A DNA stretch of 64,000 bases, from contig OZ024741.1 in assembly GCA_964016885.1 (NCBI GenBank), positions 6,262,001-6,326,000 of the forward strand, written 5' to 3'. Below the pieces are notes generated by a model. It was not told the DNA's origin, made no database searches, and saw only the letters and a program-made list of their open reading frames with translations. The DNA is from Eledone cirrhosa (lineage: Eukaryota). Made by a program: the position numbers and the translations under genes. Shown here one piece after another: positions 10,786-25,869 of the stretch; the stretch's first letter is position 1; the number at the start of each line of letters is the position of its first letter.

Positions 10786-13700
10786 GGTATTATGTACCTG
10801 ACAGGTATAAAGGTATTCTGTACCTGACAGGTATAAAGGTATTCTGTACCTGACAGGTATAAAGGTATTATGTACCTGACAGGTATAAAGGTATTCTGTA
10901 CTTGACAGGTATAAAGGTATTATGTACCTGACAGGTATAAAGGTATTCTGTACTTGACAGGTATAAAGGTATTCTGTACCTGACAGGTATAAAGGTATGC
11001 TGTACCTGACAGGTATAAAGGTATTCTGTTCCTGAAAGGTATAAAAATATTCTGTACCTGGCAGATGTAAAGGTATTCTGTACCTGACAGGTATAAAGGT
11101 ATTCTGTACCTGACAGATGTAAGGGTATTCTGTACCTGACAGGTATAAAGGTATGCTGTACCTGACAGATGTTAAGGTATTCTGTACCTGACAGATGTAA
11201 AGTTATTCTGTACCGGACAGATATAAAGGTATTCTGTACCTGACAGGTATAAACGTATTCTGTACCTGACAGGTATAAAGGTATTCTGTACCTGACAGGT
11301 ATAAAGATATTCTGTACCAGACAGGTATAAAGGTATTCTGTACCGGACAGATATAAAGGTATTCTGTACCTGACAGGTATAAAGGTATTCTGTTCCTGAC
11401 AGGTATAAAGGTATTCTGTACCTGACAGATGTAAAGGTATTCTGTACCTGACAGGTATAAAGGTATGTTGTACCTGACAGGTATAAAGGTATTCTGTTCC
11501 TGAAAGGTATAAAAATATTCTGTACCTGGCAGATGTAAAGGTATTCTGTACCTGACAGGTATAAAGGTATTCTGTTACTGACAGGTATAAAGGTATTCTG
11601 TATCTGACAGATGTAAAGGTATTCTGTACCTGACAGGTATAAAGGTATTCTGTACCTGACAGGTATAAAGGTATTCTGTTCCTGACAGGTATAAAGGTAT
11701 TCTGTACCTGACAGGTATAAAGGCATTCTGTACCTGACAGTTATAAAGGTATTCTGTTCCTCACAGATGTAAAGGTATTCTGTACCTGACAGGTATAAGG
11801 GTATTCTGTACCTGACAGATGTAAAGATATTCTGTACCTGACAGATGTAAAGGTATTCTGTACCTGACAGATGTAAAGGTATTCTGTACCTGACAGGTAT
11901 AAAGGTATTCTGTACCTGACAGGTATAAAGGTATTCTGTACCTGACAGGTATAAAGGTTTTCTGTACCTGACAAGTATAAAGATATTCTGTACCCGACAG
12001 GTATAAAGGTATTCTGTACCTGAGAGATATAAAGGTATTCTGTACCTGACAGGTATAAAGGTATTCTGTACCTGACAGGTATAAAGGTATGCTGTACCTG
12101 ACAGATGTAAAGGTATTCTGTACCTGACAGATGTAAAGGTATTCTGTACCTGACAGATGTAAAGGTATTCTGTACCTGACAGGTATAAAGGTATTCTGTA
12201 CCCGACAGGTATAAATGTATTCTGTCCCTGACAGATAAAAAGGTATTCTGTACCTGACAGATGTAAAGGTATTCTTTACCTGACAGGTATAAAGGTATTT
12301 TGTACCTGACAGATGTAAAGGCATTCTGTTCCTGACAGATGTAAAGTTATTCTGTACCTGAGAGATGTAAAGGTATTCTGTTCCTGACAGATATAAAGGT
12401 ATTCTATTCCTGACAGATGTAAAGGTATTCTGTACCTGACAGATGTAAAGGTATTCTGTACCTGACAGGTATAAAGGTATTCTGTACCTCACAGGTATAA
12501 AGGTATTCTGTAGGTGACAGATGTAAAGGTATTCTGTACCTGACAGGTATAAAGGTATTCTGTTCCTTACAGGTATAAAGGTATTCTGTACCTGACAGAT
12601 GTAAAGGTATTCTGTACCTGACAGGTATAAAGGTATTCTGTACCTGACAGGTATAAAGGTATTCTGTACCTGACAGATATAAAAGTATTCTGTACCTGAC
12701 AGGTATAAAGGTATTCTGTACATGACAGGTATAAAGGTATTCTGTTCCTGACAGATGTAAAGGTATTCTGTACCTGACAGATGTAAAGGTATTCTGTTCC
12801 TGACAGGTATAAAGGTATTCTGTACCTGACAGGTATAAAGGTATTCTGTTCCTGACAGATGTAAAGGTATTCTGTACCTGACAGGTATAAAGGTATTCTG
12901 TACCTGACAGGTATAAAGGTATTCTGTTCCTGACAGATGTAAACGTATTCTGTACCTGACAGATGTAAAGGTATTCTCTACCTGACAGATGTAAAGGTAT
13001 TCTGTACCTGACAGGTATAAGGTTATTCTGTACATGACAGGTATAAAGTTATTCTGTACATGACAGGTATAAAGGTATTCTGTACCTGACAGATGTAAAG
13101 GTATTCTGTACCTGACAGGTATGAAGGTATTCTGTACCTGACAGGTATAAAGGTATTCTGTACCTGACAGGTATAAAGGTATTCTGTACCTGACAGGTAT
13201 AAAGGTATTCTGTTCCTGACAGATGTAAACGTATTCTGTACCTGACAGATGTAAAGGTATTCTCTACCTGACAGATGTAAAGGTATTCTGTACCTGACAG
13301 GTATAAAGTTATTCTGTACATGACAGGTATAAAGGTATTCTGTACCTGACAGATGTAAAGGTATTCTGTACCTGACAGGTATGAAGGTATTCTGTACCTG
13401 ACAGGTATAAAGGTATTCTGTACCTGACAGATATAAAAGTATTCTGTACCTGACAGGTATAAAGTTATTCTGTACATGACAGGTATAAATGTATTCTGTT
13501 CCTGACAGATGTAAAGGTATTCTGTACCTGACAGATGTAAAGGTATTCTGTTCCTGACAGGTATAAAGGTATTCTGTACCTGACAGGTATAAAGGTATTC
13601 TGTACCTGACAGGTATAAAGGTATTCTGTTCCTGACAGATGTAAAGGTATTCTCTACCTGACAGATGTAAAGGTATTCTGTACCTGACAGGTATAAAGGT

Positions 13701-15399
13701 ATTCTGTACCTGACAGGTATAAAGGTATTCTGTACCTGACAGGTATAAAGGTATTCTGTTCAAGACAGGTATAAAGGTATTATGTTCCTGACAAGTATAA
13801 AGGTATTTTGTTTCTGACAGGTATAAAGATATTCTGTTCCTGACAGGTATAAAGGTATTCTGTACCTGACAGGTATAAAGGCATTCTGTACCTGACAGGT
13901 ATGAAGGTGTTCTGTTCCTGACAGTTGTATGGTATTCTGTTTCTGACAGATGTAAAGGTATTCTGTACCTGACAGGTATAAGGGTATTCTGTACCTGACA
14001 GATGTAAAGGCATTCTGTACCTGACAGATGTAAAGGTTTTCTGTACCTGACAGGTATAAAGGTATTCTGTACCTGACAGGTATAAAGGTATTCTGTAGGT
14101 GACAGATGTAAAGGTATTCTGTACTTGACAGGTATAAAGGTATTCTGTTCCTTACAGGTATAAAGGTATTCTGTACCTGACAGATGTAAAGGTATTCTGT
14201 ACCTGACAGGTATAAAGGTATTCTGTACCTGACAGGTATAAAGGTATTCTGTACCTGACAGATATAAAAGTATTCTGTACCTGACAGGTATAAAGGTATT
14301 CTGTACATGACAGGTATAAAGGTATTCTGTTCCTGACAGATGTAAAGGTATTCTGTACCTGACAGATGTAAAGGTATTCTGTTCCTGACAGGTATAAAGG
14401 TATTCTGTACCTGACAGGTATAAAGGTATTCTGTTCCTGACAGATGTAAAGGTATTCTGTTCCTGACAGATGTAAAGATATTCTGTACCTGACAGGTATA
14501 AAGGTATTCTGTACCTGACAGGTATAAAGGTATTCTGTTCCTGACAGATGTAAAGGTATTCTCTACCTGACAGATGTATAAAGGTATTCTGTACCTGACA
14601 GGTATAAAGGTATTCTGTACCTGACAGGTATAAAGTTATTCTGTTCCTGAAAGGTATAAAAATATTCTGTACCTGGCAGATGTAAAGGTATTCTGTACCT
14701 GACAGGTATAAATGTATTCTGTACCTGACAGATGTAAAGGTATTCTGTACCTGACAGGTATAAAGGTATGCTGTACCTGACAGATGTAAAGGTATTCTGT
14801 ACCTGACAGATGTAAAGGTATTCTGTACCTGACAGATATAAAGGTATTCTGTACCTGACAGGTATAAAGGTATTCTGTACCTGACAGGTATAAAGGTATT
14901 CTGTTCCTGACAGATGTAAAGGTATTCTGTACCTGACAGGTATAAACGTATTCTGTACCTGACAGGTATAAACGTATTCTGTACCTGACAGATAAAAAGG
15001 TATTCTGTACCTGACAGGTATAAAGGTATTCTGTACCTGACAGGTATAAAGGTATTCTGTACCTGACAGGTATAAAGGTATTCTGTACCTGAGAGATATA
15101 AAGGTATTCTGTACCTGACAGGTATAAGGGTATTCTGTACCTGACAGATGTAAAGGTATTCTGTACCTGACAGATGTAAAGGTATTCTGTACCTGACAGG
15201 TATAAAGGTATTCTGTACCCGACAGGTATAAAGGTATTCTGTCCCTGACAGATAAAAAGGTATTCTGTACCTGACAGATGTAAAGGTATTCTTTACCTGA
15301 CAGGTATAAAGGTATTTTGTACCTGACAGATGTAAAGGTATTCTGTTCCTGACAGATGTAAAGTTATTCTGTACCTGAGAGATGTAAAGGTATTCTGTT
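10786..15399. repeat. 26-bp satellite array, segment 2 (~177 monomers)
   Basis: Same monomer. The order of variants matches the start of segment 1 at offset 9984 and its end at offset 5590/5592. Confidence 0.99.
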
Positions 15400-15796
15400 G
15401 AGTGCTTTTCCTACTATTACATCATGGTTAACCATACAGAATGACCAGTTCTATCCAGTGGGGAATCACCAAACTTCGATGTGTAAATATATGTATATAA
15501 TATATACTCTCTCTCTCTTGATCGTAAAGTCCCACAAGAGTGTCCAGTCTAATTTTTTCAGACCTTCTCTGGTTTGTACTGATATCATTTCTTAGTAGTT
15601 GCAAGCCCATATTTCTTGCATAAAGACTAATGGAGGTGTTAGCACACTTTATCATGACACCTTTTATATTTCCTTTGTATGAGAATGCCACAGGCACTCA
15701 CGATGTGTGTCACACTTGCCCCCTTCTTCCCATACAACCTATTAATATATATATTTTTTAAAAACATTATTGACAAGAAAATCCCATTTCTTTAGC

Positions 15797-16036
15797 CCTA
15801 CGTATACCCCACTACCCAGAGCTTAACAAATGCTGCCAGTTACCCCTACATATACCCCACTACCCAGAGCTTAACAAATGCTGCCAGTTACCCCTACATA
15901 TACCCCACTACCCAGAGCTTAACAAATGCTGCCAGTTACCCCTACATATACCCCACTACCCAGAGCTTAACAAATGCTGCCAGTTACCCCTACATATACC
16001 CCACTACCCAGAGCTTAACAAATGCTGCCAGTTACC
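15797..16036. repeat. 48-bp minisatellite A x5
   Basis: Same as 221-460. Confidence 0.98.
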
Positions 16037-16122
16037 CTGAAAGAAACCAACAATTAATAGACACTTGAAACATACATTTGATAGTCTTTATAAGAAAGAA
16101 TAACGATAGGATAAGAATGATT

Positions 16123-16377
16123 GGCGCTGGTTATGTTGATGTTCACAATGGTGATGATGTTTACAATGATGGCGCTGGTTATGTTGATGTTCACAATGGT
16201 GATGATGTTTACAATGATGGCGCTGGTTATGTTGATGTTCACAATGGTGATGATGTTTACAATGATGGCGCTGGTTATGTTGATGTTCACAATGGTGATG
16301 ATGTTTACAATGATGGCGCTGGTTATGTTGATGTTCACAATGGTGATGATGTTTACAATGATGGCGCTGGTTATGTT
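16123..16377. repeat. 48-bp minisatellite B x5.3
   Basis: Same as 547-801, but the last junction matches the consensus (GATGGCG). Confidence 0.98.
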
Positions 16378-19300
16378 GGTATTATGTACCTGACAGGTAT
16401 AAAGGTATTCTGTACCTGACAGGTATAAAGGTATTCTGTACCTGACAGGTATAAAGGTATTATGTACCTGACAGGTATAAAGGTATTCTGTACTTGACAG
16501 GTATAAAGGTATTATGTACCTGACAGGTATAAAGGTATTCTGTACTTGACAGGTATAAAGGTATTCTGTACCTGACAGGTATAAAGGTATGCTGTACCTG
16601 ACAGGTATAAAGGTATTCTGTTCCTGAAAGGTATAAAAATATTCTGTACCTGGCAGATGTAAAGGTATTCTGTACCTGACAGGTATAAAGGTATTCTGTA
16701 CCTGACAGATGTAAGGGTATTCTGTACCTGACAGGTATAAAGGTATGCTGTACCTGACAGATGTTAAGGTATTCTGTACCTGACAGATGTAAAGTTATTC
16801 TGTACCGGACAGATATAAAGGTATTCTGTACCTGACAGGTATAAACGTATTCTGTACCTGACAGGTATAAAGGTATTCTGTACCTGACAGGTATAAAGAT
16901 ATTCTGTACCAGACAGGTATAAAGGTATTCTGTACCGGACAGATATAAAGGTATTCTGTACCTGACAGGTATAAAGGTATTCTGTTCCTGACAGGTATAA
17001 AGGTATTCTGTACCTGACAGATGTAAAGGTATTCTGTACCTGACAGGTATAAAGGTATGTTGTACCTGACAGGTATAAAGGTATTCTGTTCCTGAAAGGT
17101 ATAAAAATATTCTGTACCTGGCAGATGTAAAGGTATTCTGTACCTGACAGGTATAAAGGTATTCTGTTACTGACAGGTATAAAGGTATTCTGTATCTGAC
17201 AGATGTAAAGGTATTCTGTACCTGACAGGTATAAAGGTATTCTGTACCTGACAGGTATAAAGGTATTCTGTTCCTGACAGGTATAAAGGTATTCTGTACC
17301 TGACAGGTATAAAGGCATTCTGTACCTGACAGTTATAAAGGTATTCTGTTCCTCACAGATGTAAAGGTATTCTGTACCTGACAGGTATAAGGGTATTCTG
17401 TACCTGACAGATGTAAAGATATTCTGTACCTGACAGATGTAAAGGTATTCTGTACCTGACAGATGTAAAGGTATTCTGTACCTGACAGGTATAAAGGTAT
17501 TCTGTACCTGACAGGTATAAAGGTATTCTGTACCTGACAGGTATAAAGGTTTTCTGTACCTGACAAGTATAAAGATATTCTGTACCCGACAGGTATAAAG
17601 GTATTCTGTACCTGAGAGATATAAAGGTATTCTGTACCTGACAGGTATAAAGGTATTCTGTACCTGACAGGTATAAAGGTATGCTGTACCTGACAGATGT
17701 AAAGGTATTCTGTACCTGACAGATGTAAAGGTATTCTGTACCTGACAGATGTAAAGGTATTCTGTACCTGACAGGTATAAAGGTATTCTGTACCCGACAG
17801 GTATAAATGTATTCTGTCCCTGACAGATAAAAAGGTATTCTGTACCTGACAGATGTAAAGGTATTCTTTACCTGACAGGTATAAAGGTATTTTGTACCTG
17901 ACAGATGTAAAGGCATTCTGTTCCTGACAGATGTAAAGTTATTCTGTACCTGAGAGATGTAAAGGTATTCTGTTCCTGACAGATATAAAGGTATTCTATT
18001 CCTGACAGATGTAAAGGTATTCTGTACCTGACAGATGTAAAGGTATTCTGTACCTGACAGGTATAAAGGTATTCTGTACCTCACAGGTATAAAGGTATTC
18101 TGTAGGTGACAGATGTAAAGGTATTCTGTACCTGACAGGTATAAAGGTATTCTGTTCCTTACAGGTATAAAGGTATTCTGTACCTGACAGATGTAAAGGT
18201 ATTCTGTACCTGACAGGTATAAAGGTATTCTGTACCTGACAGGTATAAAGGTATTCTGTACCTGACAGATATAAAAGTATTCTGTACCTGACAGGTATAA
18301 AGGTATTCTGTACATGACAGGTATAAAGGTATTCTGTTCCTGACAGATGTAAAGGTATTCTGTACCTGACAGATGTAAAGGTATTCTGTTCCTGACAGGT
18401 ATAAAGGTATTCTGTACCTGACAGGTATAAAGGTATTCTGTTCCTGACAGATGTAAAGGTATTCTGTTCCTGACAGATGTAAAGGTATTCTGTACCTGAC
18501 AGGTATAAAGGTATTCTGTACCTGACAGGTATAAAGGTATTCTGTTCCTGACAGATGTAAACGTATTCTGTACCTGACAGATGTAAAGGTATTCTGTACC
18601 TGACAGGTATAAAGGTATTCTGTACCTGACAGGTATAAAGGTATTCTGTTCAAGACAGGTATAAAGGTATTATGTTCCTGACAAGTATAAAGGTATTTTG
18701 TTTCTGACAGGTATAAAGATATTCTGTTCCTGACAGGTATAAAGGTATTCTGTACCTGACAGGTATAAAGGCATTCTGTACCTGACAGGTATGAAGGTAT
18801 TCTGTTCCTGACAGTTGTAAAGGTATTCTGTTCCTGACAGATGTAAAGGTATTCTGTACCTGACAGGTATAAGGGTATTCTGTACCTGACAGATGTAAAG
18901 GCATTCTATACCTGACAGATGTAAAGGTATTCTGTACCTGACAGTTATAAAGGTATTCTGTACCTGACAGGTATAAAGGTATTCTGTACCTGACAGGTAT
19001 AAACGTATTCTGTACCGGACAGATATAAAGGTATTCTGTACATGACAGGTATAAAGGTATTCTGTACCTGACAGATTTAAAGGTATTCTGTACCTGATAG
19101 ATGTAAAGGTATTATGTACCTGACAGGTATAAAGGTATTCTGTACCCGACAGGTATAAAGGTATTCTGTCCCTGACAGATAAAAAGGTATTCTGTAACTG
19201 ACAGATGTAAAGGTATTCTTTACCTGACAGGTATAAAGGTATTTTGTACCTGACAGATGTAAAGGTATTCTGTTACTGACAGATGTAAAGTTATTCTGTA

Positions 19301-22300
19301 CCTGAGAGATGTAAAGGTATTCTGTTCCTGACAGATATAAAGGTATTCTATTCCTGACAGATGTAAAGGTATTCTGTACCTGACAGGTATAAGGTTATTC
19401 TGTACATGACAGGTATAAAGGTATTCTGTACCTGACAGATGTAAAGGTATTCTGTACCTGACAGGTATGAAGGTATTCTGTACCTGACAGGTATAAAGGT
19501 ATTCTGTACCTGACAGGTATAAAGGTATTCTGTACCTGACAGGTATAAAGGTATTCTGTTCCTGACAGATGTAAACGTATTCTGTACCTGACAGATGTAA
19601 AGGTATTCTCTACCTGACAGATGTAAAGGTATTCTGGACCTGACAGGTATAAAGTTATTCTGTACATGACAGGTATAAAGGTATTCTGTACCTGACAGAT
19701 GTAAAGGTATTCTGTACCTGACAGGTATAAGGGTATTCTGTACCTGACAGATGTAAAGATATTCTGTACCTGACAGATGTAAAGGTATTCTGTACCTGAC
19801 AGATGTAAAGGTATTCTGTACCTGACAGGTATAAAGGTATTCTGTACCTGACAGGTATAAAGGTATTCTGTACCTGACAGGTATAAAGGTTTTCTGTACC
19901 TGACAAGTATAAAGATATTCTGTACCCGACAGGTATAAAGGTATTCTGTACCTGAGAGATATAAAGGTATTCTGTACCTGACAGGTATAAAGGTATTCTG
20001 TACCTGACAGGTATAAAGGTATGCTGTACCTGACAGATGTAAAGGTATTCTGTACCTGACAGATGTAAAGGTATTCTGTACCTGACAGATGTAAAGGTAT
20101 TCTGTACCTGACAGGTATAAAGGTATTCTGTACCCGACAGGTATAAATGTATTCTGTCCCTGACAGATAAAAAGGTATTCTGTACCTGACAGATGTAAAG
20201 GTATTCTTTACCTGACAGGTATAAAGGTATTTTGTACCTGACAGATGTAAAGGCATTCTGTTCCTGACAGATGTAAAGTTATTCTGTACCTGAGAGATGT
20301 AAAGGTATTCTGTTCCTGACAGATATAAAGGTATTCTATTCCTGACAGATGTAAAGGTATTCTGTACCTGACAGATGTAAAGGTATTCTGTACCTGACAG
20401 GTATAAAGGTATTCTGTACCTCACAGGTATAAAGGTATTCTGTAGGTGACAGATGTAAAGGTATTCTGTACCTGACAGGTATAAAGGTATTCTGTTCCTT
20501 ACAGGTATAAAGGTATTCTGTACCTGACAGATGTAAAGGTATTCTGTACCTGACAGGTATAAAGGTATTCTGTACCTGACAGGTATAAAGGTATTCTGTA
20601 CCTGACAGATATAAAAGTATTCTGTACCTGACAGGTATAAAGGTATTCTGTACATGACAGGTATAAAGGTATTCTGTTCCTGACAGATGTAAAGGTATTC
20701 TGTACCTGACAGATGTAAAGGTATTCTGTTCCTGACAGGTATAAAGGTATTCTGTACCTGACAGGTATAAAGGTATTCTGTTCCTGACAGATGTAAAGGT
20801 ATTCTGTTCCTGACAGATGTAAAGGTATTCTGTACCTGACAGGTATAAAGGTATTCTGTACCTGACAGGTATAAAGGTATTCTGTTCCTGACAGATGTAA
20901 ACGTATTCTGTACCTGACAGATGTAAAGGTATTCTCTACCTGACAGATGTAAAGGTATTCTGTACCTGACAGGTATAAAGTTATTCTGTACATGACAGGT
21001 ATAAAGGTATTCTGTACCTGACAGATGTAAAGGTATTCTGTACCTGACAGGTATGAAGGTATTCTGTACCTGACAGGTATAAAGGTATTCTGTACCTGAC
21101 AGGTATAAAGGTATTCTGTACCTGACAGGTATAAAGGTATTCTGTTCCTGACAGATGTAAACGTATTCTGTACCTGACAGATGTAAAGGTATTCTCTACC
21201 TGACAGATGTAAAGGTATTCTGTACCTGACAGGTATAAAGTTATTCTGTACATGACAGGTATAAAGGTATTCTGTACCTGACAGATGTAAAGGTATTCTG
21301 TACCTGACAGGTATAAGGGTATTCTGTACCTGACAGATGTAAAGATATTCTGTACCTGACAGATGTAAAGGTATTCTGTACCTGACAGATGTAAAGGTAT
21401 TCTGTACCTGACAGGTATAAAGGTATTCTGTACCTGACAGGTATAAAGGTATTCTGTACCTGACAGGTATAAAGGTTTTCTGTACCTGACAAGTATAAAG
21501 ATATTCTGTACCCGACAGGTATAAAGGTATTCTGTACCTGAGAGATATAAAGGTATTCTGTACCTGACAGGTATAAAGGTATTCTGTACCTGACAGGTAT
21601 AAAGGTATGCTGTACCTGACAGATGTAAAGGTATTCTGTACCTGACAGATGTAAAGGTATTCTGTACCTGACAGATGTAAAGGTATTCTGTACCTGACAG
21701 GTATAAAGGTATTCTGTACCCGACAGGTATAAATGTATTCTGTCCCTGACAGATAAAAAGGTATTCTGTACCTGACAGATGTAAAGGTATTCTTTACCTG
21801 ACAGGTATAAAGGTATTTTGTACCTGACAGATGTAAAGGCATTCTGTTCCTGACAGATGTAAAGTTATTCTGTACCTGAGAGATGTAAAGGTATTCTGTT
21901 CCTGACAGATATAAAGGTATTCTATTCCTGACAGATGTAAAGGTATTCTGTACCTGACAGATGTAAAGGTATTCTGTACCTGACAGGTATAAAGGTATTC
22001 TGTACCTCACAGGTATAAAGGTATTCTGTAGGTGACAGATGTAAAGGTATTCTGTACCTGACAGGTATAAAGGTATTCTGTTCCTTACAGGTATAAAGGT
22101 ATTCTGTACCTGACAGATGTAAAGGTATTCTGTACCTGACAGGTATAAAGGTATTCTGTACCTGACAGGTATAAAGGTATTCTGTACCTGACAGATATAA
22201 AAGTATTCTGTACCTGACAGGTATAAAGGTATTCTGTACATGACAGGTATAAAGGTATTCTGTTCCTGACAGATGTAAAGGTATTCTGTACCTGACAGAT

Positions 22301-24891
22301 GTAAAGGTATTCTGTTCCTGACAGGTATAAAGGTATTCTGTACCTGACAGGTATAAAGGTATTCTGTTCCTGACAGATGTAAAGGTATTCTGTTCCTGAC
22401 AGATGTAAAGGTATTCTGTACCTGACAGGTATAAAGGTATTCTGTACCTGACAGGTATAAAGGTATTCTGTTCCTGACAGATGTAAACGTATTCTGTACC
22501 TGACAGATGTAAAGGTATTCTCTACCTGACAGATGTAAAGGTATTCTGTACCTGACAGGTATAAAGTTATTCTGTACATGACAGGTATAAAGGTATTCTG
22601 TACCTGACAGATGTAAAGGTATTCTGTACCTGACAGGTATGAAGGTATTCTGTACCTGACAGGTATAAAGGTATTCTGTACCTGACAGGTATAAAGGTAT
22701 TCTGTACCTGACAGGTATAAAGGTATTCTGTTCCTGACAGATGTAAACGTATTCTGTACCTGACAGATGTAAAGGTATTCTCTACCTGACAGATGTAAAG
22801 GTATTCTGTACCTGACAGGTATAAAGTTATTCTGTACATGACAGGTATAAAGGTATTCTGTACCTGACAGATGTAAAGGTATTCTGTACCTGACAGGTAT
22901 GAAGGTATTCTGTACCTGACAGGTATAAAGGTATTCTGTACCTGACAGATATAAAAGTATTCTGTACCTGACAGGTATAAAGTTATTCTGTACATGACAG
23001 GTATAAATGTATTCTGTTCCTGACAGATGTAAAGGTATTCTGTACCTGACAGATGTAAAGGTATTCTGTTCCTGACAGGTATAAAGGTATTCTGTACCTG
23101 ACAGGTATAAAGGTATTCTGTACCTGACAGGTATAAAGGTATTCTGTTCCTGACAGATGTAAAGGTATTCTCTACCTGACAGATGTAAAGGTATTCTGTA
23201 CCTGACAGGTATAAAGGTATTCTGTACCTGACAGGTATAAAGGTATTCTGTACCTGACAGGTATAAAGGTATTCTGTTCAAGACAGGTATAAAGGTATTA
23301 TGTTCCTGACAAGTATAAAGGTATTTTGTTTCTGACAGGTATAAAGATATTCTGTTCCTGACAGGTATAAAGGTATTCTGTACCTGACAGGTATAAAGGC
23401 ATTCTGTACCTGACAGGTATGAAGGTGTTCTGTTCCTGACAGTTGTATGGTATTCTGTTTCTGACAGATGTAAAGGTATTCTGTACCTGACAGGTATAAG
23501 GGTATTCTGTACCTGACAGATGTAAAGGCATTCTGTACCTGACAGATGTAAAGGTTTTCTGTACCTGACAGGTATAAAGGTATTCTGTACCTGACAGGTA
23601 TAAAGGTATTCTGTAGGTGACAGATGTAAAGGTATTCTGTACTTGACAGGTATAAAGGTATTCTGTTCCTTACAGGTATAAAGGTATTCTGTACCTGACA
23701 GATGTAAAGGTATTCTGTACCTGACAGGTATAAAGGTATTCTGTACCTGACAGGTATAAAGGTATTCTGTACCTGACAGATATAAAAGTATTCTGTACCT
23801 GACAGGTATAAAGGTATTCTGTACATGACAGGTATAAAGGTATTCTGTTCCTGACAGATGTAAAGGTATTCTGTACCTGACAGATGTAAAGGTATTCTGT
23901 TCCTGACAGGTATAAAGGTATTCTGTACCTGACAGGTATAAAGGTATTCTGTTCCTGACAGATGTAAAGGTATTCTGTTCCTGACAGATGTAAAGATATT
24001 CTGTACCTGACAGGTATAAAGGTATTCTGTACCTGACAGGTATAAAGGTATTCTGTTCCTGACAGATGTAAAGGTATTCTCTACCTGACAGATGTATAAA
24101 GGTATTCTGTACCTGACAGGTATAAAGGTATTCTGTACCTGACAGGTATAAAGTTATTCTGTTCCTGAAAGGTATAAAAATATTCTGTACCTGGCAGATG
24201 TAAAGGTATTCTGTACCTGACAGGTATAAATGTATTCTGTACCTGACAGATGTAAAGGTATTCTGTACCTGACAGGTATAAAGGTATGCTGTACCTGACA
24301 GATGTAAAGGTATTCTGTACCTGACAGATGTAAAGGTATTCTGTACCTGACAGATATAAAGGTATTCTGTACCTGACAGGTATAAAGGTATTCTGTACCT
24401 GACAGGTATAAAGGTATTCTGTTCCTGACAGATGTAAAGGTATTCTGTACCTGACAGGTATAAACGTATTCTGTACCTGACAGGTATAAACGTATTCTGT
24501 ACCTGACAGATAAAAAGGTATTCTGTACCTGACAGGTATAAAGGTATTCTGTACCTGACAGGTATAAAGGTATTCTGTACCTGACAGGTATAAAGGTATT
24601 CTGTACCTGACAGGTATAAGGGTATTCTGTACCTGACAGATGTAAAGGTATTCTGTACCTGACAGATGTAAAGGTATTCTGTACCTGACAGGTATAAAGG
24701 TATTCTGTACCCGACAGGTATAAAGGTATTCTGTCCCTGACAGATAAAAAGGTATTCTGTACCTGACAGATGTAAAGGTATTCTTTACCTGACAGGTATA
24801 AAGGTATTTTGTACCTGACAGATGTAAAGGTATTCTGTTCCTGACAGATGTAAAGTTATTCTGTACCTGAGAGATGTAAAGGTATTCTGTT
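16378..24891. repeat. 26-bp satellite array, segment 3 (~327 monomers)
   Basis: Same monomer, with the same first ~2 kb and last ~1.6 kb of variant order as segments 1 and 2. Confidence 0.99.
19390..22930. repeat. Higher-order tandem duplication, 1586 bp = 61 monomers, ~2.2 copies
   Basis: Variant landmarks recur at a constant offset: 19655/21241, 20499/22085, 20981/22567. Boundaries are approximate. Confidence 0.9.
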
Positions 24892-25288
24892 GAGTGCTTT
24901 TCCTACTATTACATCATGGTTAACCATACAGAATGACCAGTTCTATCCAGTGGGGAATCACCAAACTTCGATGTGTAAATATATGTATATAATATATACT
25001 CTCTCTCTCTTGATCGTAAAGTCCCACAAGAGTGTCCAGTCTAATTTTTTCAGACCTTCTCTGGTTTGTACTGATATCATTTCTTAGTAGTTGCAAGCCC
25101 ATATTTCTTGCATAAAGACTAATGGAGGTGTTAGCACACTTTATCATGACACCTTTTATATTTCCTTTGTATGAGAATGCCACAGGCACTCACGATGTGT
25201 GTCACACTTGCCCCCTTCTTCCCATACAACCTATTAATATATATATTTTTTAAAAACATTATTGACAAGAAAATCCCATTTCTTTAGC

Positions 25289-25528
25289 CCTACGTATACC
25301 CCACTACCCAGAGCTTAACAAATGCTGCCAGTTACCCCTACATATACCCCACTACCCAGAGCTTAACAAATGCTGCCAGTTACCCCTACATATACCCCAC
25401 TACCCAGAGCTTAACAAATGCTGCCAGTTACCCCTACATATACCCCACTACCCAGAGCTTAACAAATGCTGCCAGTTACCCCTACATATACCCCACTACC
25501 CAGAGCTTAACAAATGCTGCCAGTTACC
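25289..25528. repeat. 48-bp minisatellite A x5
   Basis: Same as 221-460. Confidence 0.98.
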
Positions 25529-25614
25529 CTGAAAGAAACCAACAATTAATAGACACTTGAAACATACATTTGATAGTCTTTATAAGAAAGAATAACGATA
25601 GGATAAGAATGATT

Positions 25615-25869
25615 GGCGCTGGTTATGTTGATGTTCACAATGGTGATGATGTTTACAATGATGGCGCTGGTTATGTTGATGTTCACAATGGTGATGATGT
25701 TTACAATGATGGCGCTGGTTATGTTGATGTTCACAATGGTGATGATGTTTACAATGATGGCGCTGGTTATGTTGATGTTCACAATGGTGATGATGTTTAC
25801 AATGATGGCGCTGGTTATGTTGATGTTCACAATGGTGATGATGTTTACAATGATGGCGCTGGTTATGTT
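25615..25869. repeat. 48-bp minisatellite B x5.3
   Basis: Same as 16123-16377. Confidence 0.98.

Larger units (their letters stand above)
15400..16377. repeat. 978-bp spacer cassette, copy 3
   Basis: Matches copy 2 at offset 5592, except AATGATGGCG replaces AATGAACGCG near the 3' end. Confidence 0.97.
24892..25869. repeat. 978-bp spacer cassette, copy 4
   Basis: Matches copy 3 at offset 9492, with the same junctions. Confidence 0.97.

Noticed and set aside
9797-10796. Target-site duplication (GGTATTCTGTT versus GGTATTATGTA; TGTTG at both ends)
   Set aside because: The match is imperfect and expected trivially because both flanks are the same satellite.
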